A stretch of DNA of 37,702 nucleotides, from NCBI GenBank assembly GCA_947624945.1, contig CANQMJ010000001.1, forward strand, positions 1 through 37,702, written 5' to 3'. The number at the start of each line of letters is the position of its first letter. Within the stretch, counting starts at the first letter, position 1. Source of the stretch: an uncultured Clostridia bacterium. GTDB taxonomy: Bacteria > Bacillota > Clostridia > Oscillospirales > CAG-272. The notes under the pieces are model-generated. The model was given only the letters and a program-made list of their open reading frames with translations, ran no database searches and had not been told where the DNA came from. Shown here one piece after another: positions 9,237 through 18,786 of the stretch. A program made the position numbers and the translations under genes.

Positions 9237-10034
9237 ATGGAAAAAGACAAGGAAGGCGAGCTTTTCGAAAAGCGGACGCTCGAGCTCGCGAAACGCGCCG
9301 CAGGCGGAGTTTTCGCGTCGGGAGATTTTCTCTCGCCGAAGGAGATACACGACGCCGACGCGATACTTGTGCGCGGCGGATACCGCGGCACGTACGCGTT
9401 TTACGGCGGGTACGCGGACGCGGAGCGCCGGCGGCTTTACTGTCTGCCCGACTATATGCTGTGGGAGTCCGCCGAGTCGGCGGCGAAGGAGGCAGCGGCG
9501 GACGATATCGCCGTTTTGCGCATAGAGGGCAGCGGATATAAGACTCTCGGTCACCGCGATTTTATGGGCGCGATACTGTCGCTCGGCATAAAGCGCGCCG
9601 TTCTCGGCGATATTATAGTAGACGACGACGCGCCGGGCGCGTATGTGTTCTGCGACGCGGAGATGGCATGCTATATCGCGGAGAATCTTTCGCGCATAGG
9701 CTCGGACGCCGTAAAGGTGCAAAAGCTCGCGCTCGACATGTTGCCGGACGGATTCAGCGCGGCGCGCAAGACGGAGCCTATATCGGACACGGTCGCGTCG
9801 ATGAGGGCGGACTGCGTCGTCGCGGCGCTGTGCAATACTTCGCGCGAACGCGCGAAATCGCTCATTCTGCAGGGACTCGTCGAGGTGAATTACGAGACGC
9901 TTTATAAACCCGATGCGGAGATAGCGGAGGGCGACGTCGTGTCGGTGCGCGGCGAGGGCAAGTTCCGTGTGAACGGAACGGACGGGACAACAAGACGCGG
10001 ACGGCTGCGGCTGTCGGCGGAAAAATATATTTGA
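9237..10034 (+). CDS. ylmH: YlmH-like RNA-binding protein with S4 domain
   Basis: C-terminal S4 domain (RADCVVAALCNTSRERAKSLILQGLVEVN). Lies between yggT and divIVA. Confidence 0.8.
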   Translation: MEKDKEGELFEKRTLELAKRAAGGVFASGDFLSPKEIHDADAILVRGGYRGTYAFYGGYADAERRRLYCLPDYMLWESAESAAKEAAADDIAVLRIEGSGYKTLGHRDFMGAILSLGIKRAVLGDIIVDDDAPGAYVFCDAEMACYIAENLSRIGSDAVKVQKLALDMLPDGFSAARKTEPISDTVASMRADCVVAALCNTSRERAKSLILQGLVEVNYETLYKPDAEIAEGDVVSVRGEGKFRVNGTDGTTRRGRLRLSAEKYI

Positions 10035-10047
10035 CGGAGGATACGAA

Positions 10048-11301
10048 ATGCTGTTGCCGGTGGAAATAGAGAATGCGAAATTCTCGCGCAGCGTCGGCGG
10101 ATATACGCCCGCCGAGGTCGACGAATTTCTCGACTACATAAAGAGCAAATGCGCGGAGAACGCGGACGCGGAAGCAAGGCTCGCGGTGTCGGTGAACGAG
10201 GTCAAAGTGCTCGGGGATCGAATAGCGGAGCTCGAGGCGCAGATGGAAGCGATCACGGCAGAACGCGACGAGCTTAAAGTCAAAAACGACGAGCTCAAAG
10301 CGGCGCTGGCGGAGGCGATAGCGCAGGCGGCGGCAAAAGCGGCGGAGGCGCTGCCGGTGAACAACGTCGCGGCGGATCCCGTGTGGGATCCCGATGCCGA
10401 CGAAGAAATCCCCGAACCCTTTCGTGTCGAAGGTGACGGAGACAATGGAACTGAGGAAGAGGGGGAAGCCGAGATCGACGAGTCCGAATCAGACGGCGAC
10501 GCAGACGTTGCAGACACCGCAGTCGAAGCCGAAACAGCGCTCGAATCCGAAAATAACGATCAGGACGTCGCTGCCGAGGCCGGGACGGAACAGTTCGGCG
10601 ATCTCGAAAATATATTCTCGCATCTCGACGATATCGGCGACATCGTTGATGTCGCGAACGAACAGGCGGACGCGGCGGAAATAACCGATACGACCGATAT
10701 AGACATAGATACAGATATCGACGTCGCGGATGCGCCGTCGCGCGGAGACGAGGATATTGCGGCGGCGCTCGAAGCAGCTCTCGCGAGCCTCGACATCAAG
10801 CCGCAGGACGCGCAGGAGTCGAACGTTAAAGACGCGAACCCGTACGACGGCATCGACGTGTCGCTCGACTTCGACGAGATCGAAAGCTCGGGACGAAATG
10901 AAACCGGTGCGGAGACGGAAGACGACAGTGAGGACGAGTTCGAGTTCAGCTTTGATACTGCGGACGAGGAAAATGCAGGAGATGCAGCAGATGCAGTCGA
11001 TGCAGCTGAAGCAGCCGAAGATGTAGAAACTGTTGAAGCGATCGAAACCATCGACAGCATTGATGATGCAGATAGTGCGGACGAAGCGGACAGTGCGAAC
11101 ACTGCCTCGGCTCCGCCTGCGCAGTACGCGCGCCGCGTTTACCGCATGAGATTGAAGCGCGCCGCAAAGCGCCACGACGAGGACCAGGCGATACTTGACG
11201 CTCTGCGCGCCGCATACGATGAGGACGACGACGATGACGACGACCTCACGCAGCACGAGTACGACCAATATCACTATACATTCGACAGCGGCAAGAAGTA
11301 A
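10048..11301 (+). CDS. divIVA: DivIVA domain protein with very long acidic low-complexity extension
   Basis: N-terminal DivIVA lipid-binding domain (PVEIENAKFSRSVGGYTPAEVDEFLDYI) and a coiled coil, then roughly 250 aa rich in D/E/A. Confidence 0.85.
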   Translation: MLLPVEIENAKFSRSVGGYTPAEVDEFLDYIKSKCAENADAEARLAVSVNEVKVLGDRIAELEAQMEAITAERDELKVKNDELKAALAEAIAQAAAKAAEALPVNNVAADPVWDPDADEEIPEPFRVEGDGDNGTEEEGEAEIDESESDGDADVADTAVEAETALESENNDQDVAAEAGTEQFGDLENIFSHLDDIGDIVDVANEQADAAEITDTTDIDIDTDIDVADAPSRGDEDIAAALEAALASLDIKPQDAQESNVKDANPYDGIDVSLDFDEIESSGRNETGAETEDDSEDEFEFSFDTADEENAGDAADAVDAAEAAEDVETVEAIETIDSIDDADSADEADSANTASAPPAQYARRVYRMRLKRAAKRHDEDQAILDALRAAYDEDDDDDDDLTQHEYDQYHYTFDSGKK

Positions 11302-11345
11302 AAAGCCGCATACATATACGATAAACAACTAAGGAGTTCACCTTT

Positions 11346-14165
11346 ATGGCAAAGGATTACACCGGCACACTGAATCTGCCGAAGACCGATTTCCCGATGA
11401 GAGCAAATCTGCCCGAGCGCGAGCCCGGAATGCTCAAATACTGGGACGATATCGACCTCTATCACAAGATGCTCGACGCCCGCGAGGGCTGCGAGCTGTT
11501 CGTCCTCCACGACGGTCCTCCGTTCTCGAACGGAAATATTCACATGGGCACGGCGATGAATAAAATACTCAAGGATTTCATCAACAAGTCCAAGACTATG
11601 GAGGGATACCGCGTTCCGTATACGCCGGGCTGGGACAACCACGGCATGCCGATAGAATCCGCCATCATAAAGAAAAACAAGCTCGACAGAAAGAAGATGT
11701 CGATACCGGAGTTCCGCGACGCGTGCGAGAAATTCGCCCGCGACTACGTTGATATACAGCGCACCTCGTTCCGCCGTCTCGGCGTATCGGGCGACTGGGA
11801 GCATCCGTATCTGACGATGTCGAAGGAGTTCGAGGCGCGCGAGGTCAAGGTGTTCGGCAAGATGTTCGAGTGCGGCTACATCTACCGCGGGCTCAAGCCC
11901 GTGTACTGGTGCCCACACGACGAGACAGCTCTCGCCGAGGCCGAGATAGAGTATCAGGACGACCCGTGTACGTCTATATACGTTAAATTCAAGCTCGTCG
12001 ACGACAAGGGACTGCTTTTCGATGTCTGCGATCCCGAGAAAACGTACGTCATAATCTGGACGACGACGACGTGGACGCTGCCGGGCAACCTTGCGATAGC
12101 GCTGTCGCCGGTCGAGAATTACGTCGCGGTGAAGGCGTCGAACGGCGAATATTACATCGTCGCCGAGGCGCTGTGCGAAAAGACGATGAGAGAGGGCGGA
12201 GTCGACAGCTACGAGATAGTAAAGACGCTTCGCGGCGACAGCTTCGAGTTCATGCGCGCGCGTCATCCGTTCCTCGACCGCGATTCGGTGCTTCTCAACG
12301 CCGACTACGTCACGATGGACAGCGGCACGGGCTGCGTCCACACGGCTCCGGGCTTCGGCGCCGACGACTACGTGACGTGCAAAAAGTACAACATTGATAT
12401 AATCGTCCCCGTCGACGACAGGGGATATCAGACTGCGGACGCGGGCAAGTACGCGGGCATGCGCTACGACGAGTCGAACGCGGCGATACTTGCCGACATG
12501 AAGGAGTCGGGAGCTCTGTTCGCGTCCGAGGACGTCGTTCACAGCTATCCGCACTGCTGGAGATGCAAGAGTCCGATAATATTCCGCGCGACGTCGCAGT
12601 GGTTCTGCTCCGTTTCGTCGTTCATAGAGGACGCGGTAGCGGCGACCGAGAACGTCGAATGGCTGCCCGCATGGGGCGGCGACCGCATCCGCTCGATGAT
12701 GAGAGAGCGCACGGACTGGTGCATATCGCGCCAGCGCCACTGGGGTCTGCCGATACCGGTGTTCTACTGCTCGGACTGCGGTCACGTGATCTGCACGCCC
12801 GAGACGATAGAGGCAGTGTCCGAGCTGTTCGGACGCGAGGGCTCGAACGCGTGGTATCTGCATGAGGCGTCGGAGATACTGCCGGACGGCTTTAAGTGCA
12901 TGCACTGCGGAGGCAGTCATTTCGAGAAGGAGACGGACACGCTCGACGGTTGGTTCGACTCCGGTTCGAGCCATTTCGCCGTCATCGAGGGCGACGAGAA
13001 CGTACACTATCCCGCAGACATGTACCTCGAGGGCGCGGACCAGTACCGCGGTTGGTTCCAGTCGTCGCTTTTGACCTCGGTCGGCGCGGGAGAGGGTGCG
13101 AAGGCGCCGTATAAGACGGTTTTGACGCACGGCTGGACCGTCGACGGCGAGGGCAAGGCTATGCATAAGTCTCTCGGCAACAGCATCGCGCCGGAGGACG
13201 TCATAAAGAAGTACGGAGCGGATCTCGTGCGCATGTGGGTCGCGTCGAGCGATTACAGAGTCGACGTGAGAGTTTCCGACAACATCTTTAAGCAGCTGTC
13301 CGAGACGTACCGCAAGATAAGGAACACGGCGCGCATCCTGCTCGCCAATATAGGCGACTTCGACCCGAACGCGGATATGGTGCATGAGTGCGAGCTCTAC
13401 GATATAGACAAATGGGCGATCTCGAAGCTGAACAGCCTTTCCAAAACCGTTCGCGAGGCGTACGACAGCTACGAGTTCCACATCGTATATCATTCGATAA
13501 ACAATTTCTGCACGATAGATATGTCGAAGCTCTACATCGACATAACGAAGGACCGCGTCTATACCGAGGGCGCGAAGAGCAAGGCGCGCCGTTCGGCGCA
13601 GACGGCGATGTACACGATACTGCATTCGCTCGTCAGACTTGTCGCGCCGCTCATCGCGTTCACCGCCGAGGAGATATGGCAGGCTATGCCGCACCTCGAC
13701 GGCGACATAAAGGAGAGCGTATTCTGCAACATGCTTCCCGAGTATACGGAGGCGCGCGAATTCGCGGACGTGGCGTCGCGGTACGAAAGCATGCTCTCCG
13801 AGCGCGACGCGGTAATGGCGGCGCTCGAGGTGGCGCGCGCGGCGAAGCTTATAGGCAAGTCGCTCGACGCGAAGGTGGACGTATACTTCACCGATAAGGA
13901 AAGATACGACGAGCTTGCGTCGTTCACGGAAGCGGAGCTTGAGGACGTGTTCATCACGTCGGGAGTGAAGCTGCACGTCGGCGAGGACGCGCCCGAGGGC
14001 GCGTATGTGAGCGAGACGGACGCGGGTATCGCCGTGCTCGTGTCGCCCGCTGACGGCGAGAGATGCGACCGCTGCTGGAAGTATTCCTCCGACTGCGTAC
14101 GCGACGATGACGGAGACGTGCTTTGCCGCCGCTGCGCGGAGACTGTCGCAAAAATCGACGCATGA
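11346..14165 (+). CDS. ileS: Isoleucine--tRNA ligase (type 1)
   Basis: HIGH-type motif (PFSNGNIHMGT), KMSKS-type motif (GKAMHKSLGN), C-terminal Zn-finger cysteines (CDRCWKY...CRRC). RBS aaggag. Confidence 0.95.
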   Translation: MAKDYTGTLNLPKTDFPMRANLPEREPGMLKYWDDIDLYHKMLDAREGCELFVLHDGPPFSNGNIHMGTAMNKILKDFINKSKTMEGYRVPYTPGWDNHGMPIESAIIKKNKLDRKKMSIPEFRDACEKFARDYVDIQRTSFRRLGVSGDWEHPYLTMSKEFEAREVKVFGKMFECGYIYRGLKPVYWCPHDETALAEAEIEYQDDPCTSIYVKFKLVDDKGLLFDVCDPEKTYVIIWTTTTWTLPGNLAIALSPVENYVAVKASNGEYYIVAEALCEKTMREGGVDSYEIVKTLRGDSFEFMRARHPFLDRDSVLLNADYVTMDSGTGCVHTAPGFGADDYVTCKKYNIDIIVPVDDRGYQTADAGKYAGMRYDESNAAILADMKESGALFASEDVVHSYPHCWRCKSPIIFRATSQWFCSVSSFIEDAVAATENVEWLPAWGGDRIRSMMRERTDWCISRQRHWGLPIPVFYCSDCGHVICTPETIEAVSELFGREGSNAWYLHEASEILPDGFKCMHCGGSHFEKETDTLDGWFDSGSSHFAVIEGDENVHYPADMYLEGADQYRGWFQSSLLTSVGAGEGAKAPYKTVLTHGWTVDGEGKAMHKSLGNSIAPEDVIKKYGADLVRMWVASSDYRVDVRVSDNIFKQLSETYRKIRNTARILLANIGDFDPNADMVHECELYDIDKWAISKLNSLSKTVREAYDSYEFHIVYHSINNFCTIDMSKLYIDITKDRVYTEGAKSKARRSAQTAMYTILHSLVRLVAPLIAFTAEEIWQAMPHLDGDIKESVFCNMLPEYTEAREFADVASRYESMLSERDAVMAALEVARAAKLIGKSLDAKVDVYFTDKERYDELASFTEAELEDVFITSGVKLHVGEDAPEGAYVSETDAGIAVLVSPADGERCDRCWKYSSDCVRDDDGDVLCRRCAETVAKIDA

Positions 14166-14773
14166 CGCTGATCTTATACTATCTTATCGCGGCGGCTGTC
14201 GTCGTCATCGACCAGGTGACGAAGAGGCTGGCCGTCTCGGGACTGTCCGGCATTGAAACGTACCCGCTCATCGACGGCGTTCTGCATCTCACGTATGTGG
14301 AGAACACGGGCGCTGCGTTCGGCATGATGAAGGACTCGCGCTGGGTGTTCATGGTCGTGTCGGCGGCGGCGATAATACTCCTGCCGATCGTGATAGCGGT
14401 ATACAGAAAGCGGTACCCGTTCGCGTGCGTCTGCATGGCGATGATACTGGGCGGCGGCATCGGCAATATGATAGACCGCGTGACGCTCGGCTACGTCGTC
14501 GACTTCATTGACTTCAGACTCATACATTTCGCTGTGTTCAACGGCGCGGATTCGTTCGTCACTGTCGGCGAGATAATGCTCGTCGTATATATGATACTCG
14601 AATTCATACGCGAGTCGAAAGCGGAGAGGGCGCAAAAGCTCGCCGCGGCTGCGGACGGTGACGGAAGCGTCAACGACGCCGTCACGGACGGTGATAATGA
14701 CGCCGACACGGATGCCGACGCCGACACAAACACAGACAGCGAAGCGGACGAAACGAGCGGTGACGGGAAATGA
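14162..14773 (+). CDS. lspA: Lipoprotein signal peptidase II with acidic C-terminal tail
   Basis: GGGIGNMIDR and FNGADSFVTVG catalytic-Asp motifs. ATG 14162 overlaps the ileS stop (ATGA). C-terminal roughly 50 aa are D/T/A-rich. Confidence 0.9.
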   Translation: MTLILYYLIAAAVVVIDQVTKRLAVSGLSGIETYPLIDGVLHLTYVENTGAAFGMMKDSRWVFMVVSAAAIILLPIVIAVYRKRYPFACVCMAMILGGGIGNMIDRVTLGYVVDFIDFRLIHFAVFNGADSFVTVGEIMLVVYMILEFIRESKAERAQKLAAAADGDGSVNDAVTDGDNDADTDADADTNTDSEADETSGDGK

Positions 14774-15717
14774 ACGGCTGCGATAACGTCATATTGACAG
14801 TTGATAAGGCAAACGTCGGGGCACGCCTCGACGTTTTTGTCTCCGACGGGGTAGGAGTAACGCGCTCGCAGGCGCAGAAGCTGATAGACGACGGGGACGT
14901 TGACGTGAACGGACGCGCGGAGCCGAAACGGTATCGCGTTCGCGAAGGTGACGCGGTGACGGTCGCGGTGCGCGAGCCGGAGGCGTGCGACGCAAAACCT
15001 GAGGATATAAAACTCGATATAGTCTACGAGGACGCGGATATACTTGTCGTCAATAAGCCGAAAGGCATGGTGGTGCATCCCGCGCCGGGAAACGAGACGG
15101 GGACGCTGGTGAATGCGCTCCTTTACCATTGCGGGGCGAGTCTGTCCGGAATCGGCGGCGTTCTGCGTCCGGGAATCGTACACAGAATAGACAAGGACAC
15201 GACGGGACTTTTAGCCGTCGCAAAAAACGACATGGCGCACGAGTCGCTGTCGGGACAGCTCGAACGCCACGACATGCACCGCGAATACAGAGCTCTCGTC
15301 GTGGGCAGGACGGGGGACGGAGTCATAGATAAGCCCATCGACCGCCACCCCGTCGACAGAAAGCGCATGGCGGTGAGCGACGGAGGCAGAGAGGCGAGGA
15401 CGGAGTATCACACGATCGCGGTGTACACGTCGCCGTACCGCGACACGTTTTCGCTCGTCGACTGCCGCCTCTATACGGGACGCACGCATCAGATACGCGT
15501 CCATATGGCGTATATCGGGCACCCGGTCGCGGGGGATACCGTGTACGGCGGCGGAAGAACGAAGTTCGAGCGCGCGCACGAGGAGCTGTTTCACGGTCAG
15601 TGCCTGCACGCGTACAGACTCACGCTGACGCATCCGCGAACGGGCGAAACGATGACGTTCGAGGCGCCGCTGCCGCATGATTTTGAAAAGATACTCGCGC
15701 TTCTCACCCCGTCATAA
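14770..15717 (+). CDS. rluD: RluA-family 23S rRNA pseudouridine synthase (RluD-like)
   Basis: N-terminal S4 domain, catalytic HRIDKDTTGLL motif, GRTHQIRVH. ATGA overlap with lspA. Confidence 0.9.
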   Translation: MNGCDNVILTVDKANVGARLDVFVSDGVGVTRSQAQKLIDDGDVDVNGRAEPKRYRVREGDAVTVAVREPEACDAKPEDIKLDIVYEDADILVVNKPKGMVVHPAPGNETGTLVNALLYHCGASLSGIGGVLRPGIVHRIDKDTTGLLAVAKNDMAHESLSGQLERHDMHREYRALVVGRTGDGVIDKPIDRHPVDRKRMAVSDGGREARTEYHTIAVYTSPYRDTFSLVDCRLYTGRTHQIRVHMAYIGHPVAGDTVYGGGRTKFERAHEELFHGQCLHAYRLTLTHPRTGETMTFEAPLPHDFEKILALLTPS

Positions 15718-16070
15718 AAGTTTTCGCCCGCCTTTTTCAAAAGGCGGCGAGGGGGACGGGGGCGAGCAGCCCCCGTGCCGCCCCTCTCTTTTTGCGAGCT
15801 TTTTCTCTCGGGCGTCCTTCCTCCGAGAGAAAAAGCGGACAGCGGACGCGCAGAGATATTGACTGTACGCACCGGTCGAAAGCGTATCGTTTGCCTATTT
15901 CTCGTATTTGCCGATTTTTGCGCATCGACATTCGCTTTTTCTCTTGTGTGAAAAAGGCACAAGAGAAAAAGCTTGCAAAAAGAGAATGCCGCTCTTTCGC
16001 GCTTCGCGCGACAAGGGGCTGCTCGCCCCCGTCCCCCTCGCCGCCTTTTGAAAAAGGCGGGCGAAAACTT
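15717..16070. repeat. Composite palindrome: two inverted copies of a ~175-nt hairpin-rich unit
   Basis: 15719-15774 is the exact reverse complement of 16014-16069 (56/56, checked base by base). Inner arms are diverged but alignable. Each carries its own hairpin (15798-15834 and 15935-15971). Confidence 0.9.
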
Positions 16071-16171
16071 CTGCTGAGACGGCGAAGCCTTTCACGACAG
16101 CGTTGCGCGCATAAGTGCGCGGAGCGTGCACATAAAATAAACATACCGAATAAGCAAGGAACAAAAACTAC

Positions 16172-18682
16172 ATGAAACATGCACATAAGCTCCCCACGCT
16201 TGCGCTTGCGGCGCTGATGCTCCTTTCCTCGTGCGCGCGTGACGTCGGCGACGGCGCGGACGGCACCGGCACCGGTGTCCCGGACAGCATGGACACGATG
16301 CCGGAGACTGCGTTTTCCGAGACGGGGCATCTGCTCGGCGTCTATTCCGACGACGGCGACACGTACACGTTCGGCACGTCGGTGACGGCGCTGCCGGAGT
16401 CGTGGAACCCACATGAGGAAACGGGCAGCGACGAGGAGAGCATACTCTCGTATACGACCGACACGCTGTATAAGTTCGAGTACAATAACGATTTCACAGG
16501 TGCAGTTCTCGTGCCGTCGATGGCGGAGAGCTATCCCGTGGACGTGACCGCCGACTACGCGGGGCAGTACGGCGTCGAGTCGGCAGAGACGGGGAGAGCG
16601 TATAAAATAATGCTGCGCGACAGTCTCCGTTACGATAACGGCGAGGCGATAACGGCGGCCGATTTTGTCGAATCGTTCCGTCTGATACTGTCCGAAGGCG
16701 TAAGAAACGGCGAGATGTCGGACATCGTCGGCGCGGACGAATACGCGGCGGGCGGCGGCGAGGTGTTCGAGAGCTTTATATCCGAGGATTTCGGTGCGGA
16801 CGAGTACATAATGCCGGACGCGCTCGACGTGACAGACGGCGTACTCTGCCGCGACGGATGCCCGGTCGTCGTAAACATAAACGACGGCGGGCGCTGGAGC
16901 GTGCAGTCGCTGTACGAGTATAACGAGATGCGCCGTTTCGACGGCGCGACGGCGGACGATACGGCGGCGTCCGACGCGTACGCGCATCTCGCGGACGCTG
17001 CCGACGCGGACGGTATAGTGTATCTGACGCCGGGGCTCGCCGCCGATATGCAGCTTTGCATAGCACGGCTCAACGGCTTTGACAGCGTCGAGGCGCGGTA
17101 TGAGGCGGTCGGCGATTATGCGTACACGGAATTCGAGGAGATGGCGTACGTCATAGTCGACAGACCCGCTGTCACATATGAGCGGAACGTGGGATTTTTC
17201 GCGCCGTCGGAGCGCGAGCTCGTCGTCGTGTTCGAGGAGCCGCTGACGGACGAATTCGCGCTGCTCCACAGACTTAACACGAATTTCGGGCTCGTATATC
17301 TGCCGCTCTACGAGCGCGACGGCGAAAGCTACGCGACGAGCGTTGAAACCTACGTCGGTTTCGGACCGTACGCGCTGACGGTGTACGCGGCGGGGTCGCG
17401 CGTCATGCTCGAACGCAACGCATACTGGCACGGCTACGGCGAGGGCGAGTACATAGACGGCACATACATGGCGGACCGCGTCGAGATGACGGTTTTGCCC
17501 GACGACGAGCACAGACTGCGCTCGTTTCTGTCGGGACAGATGGACGAGGTCGAGCTGTCGCCGTCCGACGCGAGAGTGTATATAGGCGGCGGCTACACGG
17601 TCTACACCGAAAGCGCGGCGACATGGATAATGGCGATGAATCCCGACGCGGAGCGTCTTGCGGAGGCGGAAAAGAGCGCAAGACCCGCGACCGAGGGTAA
17701 CGAAGTCAACAAGACTGCGCTGACGGTGCGCGAGTTCAGGCTCGCGCTGTCGTACGCGACCGACCGTGTAGGCTTTGTGCGCACGGTATCGCCGACGTCG
17801 ACGTATGCGCTCGGCATATTCTCGGACGCGGTAGTGGCGGACACGTCGCTCGGCGTGCCGTACCGCGATACCGAATACGGCGCGGACGCGATATCGGAAA
17901 TATGGGGCGACGCGGAAGCGGAATCGGCTGGATACGACGTCGACGCGGCGCGCGAATACTTCGACAAAGCATACGAGATAATGTGCGATGACATGCTTTT
18001 ATCAAAAGATGCAATCGACTCCGGCGGCTGGGAAGTGCAGATAATAGTCGGCAAGCCGACGAACAACGAATACTGGACGCGCGGACTCGAATTCCTCTCC
18101 GACTGCTGGCTCGACGCCGCCGTCGGGACGCCGTTTGAGGGAAAACTCGTCATAAAGGAGAGCCGTGCTCTCGGCGAGGTCGCGTTCTCGGACGCGCTGA
18201 GAGACGGCAGGGTCGACATGCTGTTCTCTGTCGGCTACGGCGGCGACGGCTACGAATACGACCCGTACTCGCTGCTCGGCTGCTACACGGGCGATATCGC
18301 CTACGACGCGTTTACAGATAAGAGAACGATCGAGGTAAAAGTCAAACTCGGCGAGCGCGAGGTTACGGCGAGCCTTTACGACTGGTCGCAGCTTTTATGC
18401 GGCGAGGACACGGACGCTGATATAAGCGTCGACGTGAGCCGCGGCTCGGTGCGGTCGGAGATACTGTCCGCGTGTGAGGCGGCGATACTGCGCGAGGCGC
18501 GCATAATCCCGCTTATGACGGACGCGAAAACGTCGCTGCGCGGCGAGCGCATCATGTACGGCACAGACAAAGCTGTGACAGGCATGGGACACGGCGGCAT
18601 CGAGTGGATGAAGTTCACGATGGACGACGACGACTTTTCCGACTATATAGACGAGCGCGGCGGCGAGCTCGAGTACAGATAA
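16172..18682 (+). CDS. ABC transporter substrate-binding lipoprotein, family 5 (OppA/peptide-nickel type)
   Basis: Signal peptide plus lipobox (LLSSC). YKIMLRDSLRYDNGEAITAADFVESF resembles the SBP_bac_5 signature. No permease or ATPase genes are adjacent. Confidence 0.7.
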   Translation: MKHAHKLPTLALAALMLLSSCARDVGDGADGTGTGVPDSMDTMPETAFSETGHLLGVYSDDGDTYTFGTSVTALPESWNPHEETGSDEESILSYTTDTLYKFEYNNDFTGAVLVPSMAESYPVDVTADYAGQYGVESAETGRAYKIMLRDSLRYDNGEAITAADFVESFRLILSEGVRNGEMSDIVGADEYAAGGGEVFESFISEDFGADEYIMPDALDVTDGVLCRDGCPVVVNINDGGRWSVQSLYEYNEMRRFDGATADDTAASDAYAHLADAADADGIVYLTPGLAADMQLCIARLNGFDSVEARYEAVGDYAYTEFEEMAYVIVDRPAVTYERNVGFFAPSERELVVVFEEPLTDEFALLHRLNTNFGLVYLPLYERDGESYATSVETYVGFGPYALTVYAAGSRVMLERNAYWHGYGEGEYIDGTYMADRVEMTVLPDDEHRLRSFLSGQMDEVELSPSDARVYIGGGYTVYTESAATWIMAMNPDAERLAEAEKSARPATEGNEVNKTALTVREFRLALSYATDRVGFVRTVSPTSTYALGIFSDAVVADTSLGVPYRDTEYGADAISEIWGDAEAESAGYDVDAAREYFDKAYEIMCDDMLLSKDAIDSGGWEVQIIVGKPTNNEYWTRGLEFLSDCWLDAAVGTPFEGKLVIKESRALGEVAFSDALRDGRVDMLFSVGYGGDGYEYDPYSLLGCYTGDIAYDAFTDKRTIEVKVKLGEREVTASLYDWSQLLCGEDTDADISVDVSRGSVRSEILSACEAAILREARIIPLMTDAKTSLRGERIMYGTDKAVTGMGHGGIEWMKFTMDDDDFSDYIDERGGELEYR

Positions 18683-18715
18683 TGGATTTGAGCATAAAAA
18701 ATAAATAAAACCTAC

Positions 18716-18744
18716 TTGAAAAATCGTCCGTTTTATTGTATGAT
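18716..18744 (+). promoter_or_regulatory. Sigma-A promoter for the FGGY kinase gene
   Basis: TTGAAA (18716-18721), 17-nt spacer, TATGAT (18739-18744). Confidence 0.55.
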
Positions 18745-18786
18745 AATAACAGATGATCCGCACCGCGGAAAACGGAGGTATTACAT

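Noticed and set aside
11274-13976. 900-aa ORF on the - strand antisense to ileS. Similar long antisense or overlapping ORFs: 463-1125, 15737-17512, 18781-19794, 21167-22468, 23903-25945, 29824-30756, 32727-34151 and 35384-36136.
   Set aside because: All are Arg/His/Val-rich low-complexity translations with no motifs. Each lies opposite a gene with strong family signatures. They are the expected stop-poor antisense frames of GC-rich DNA.
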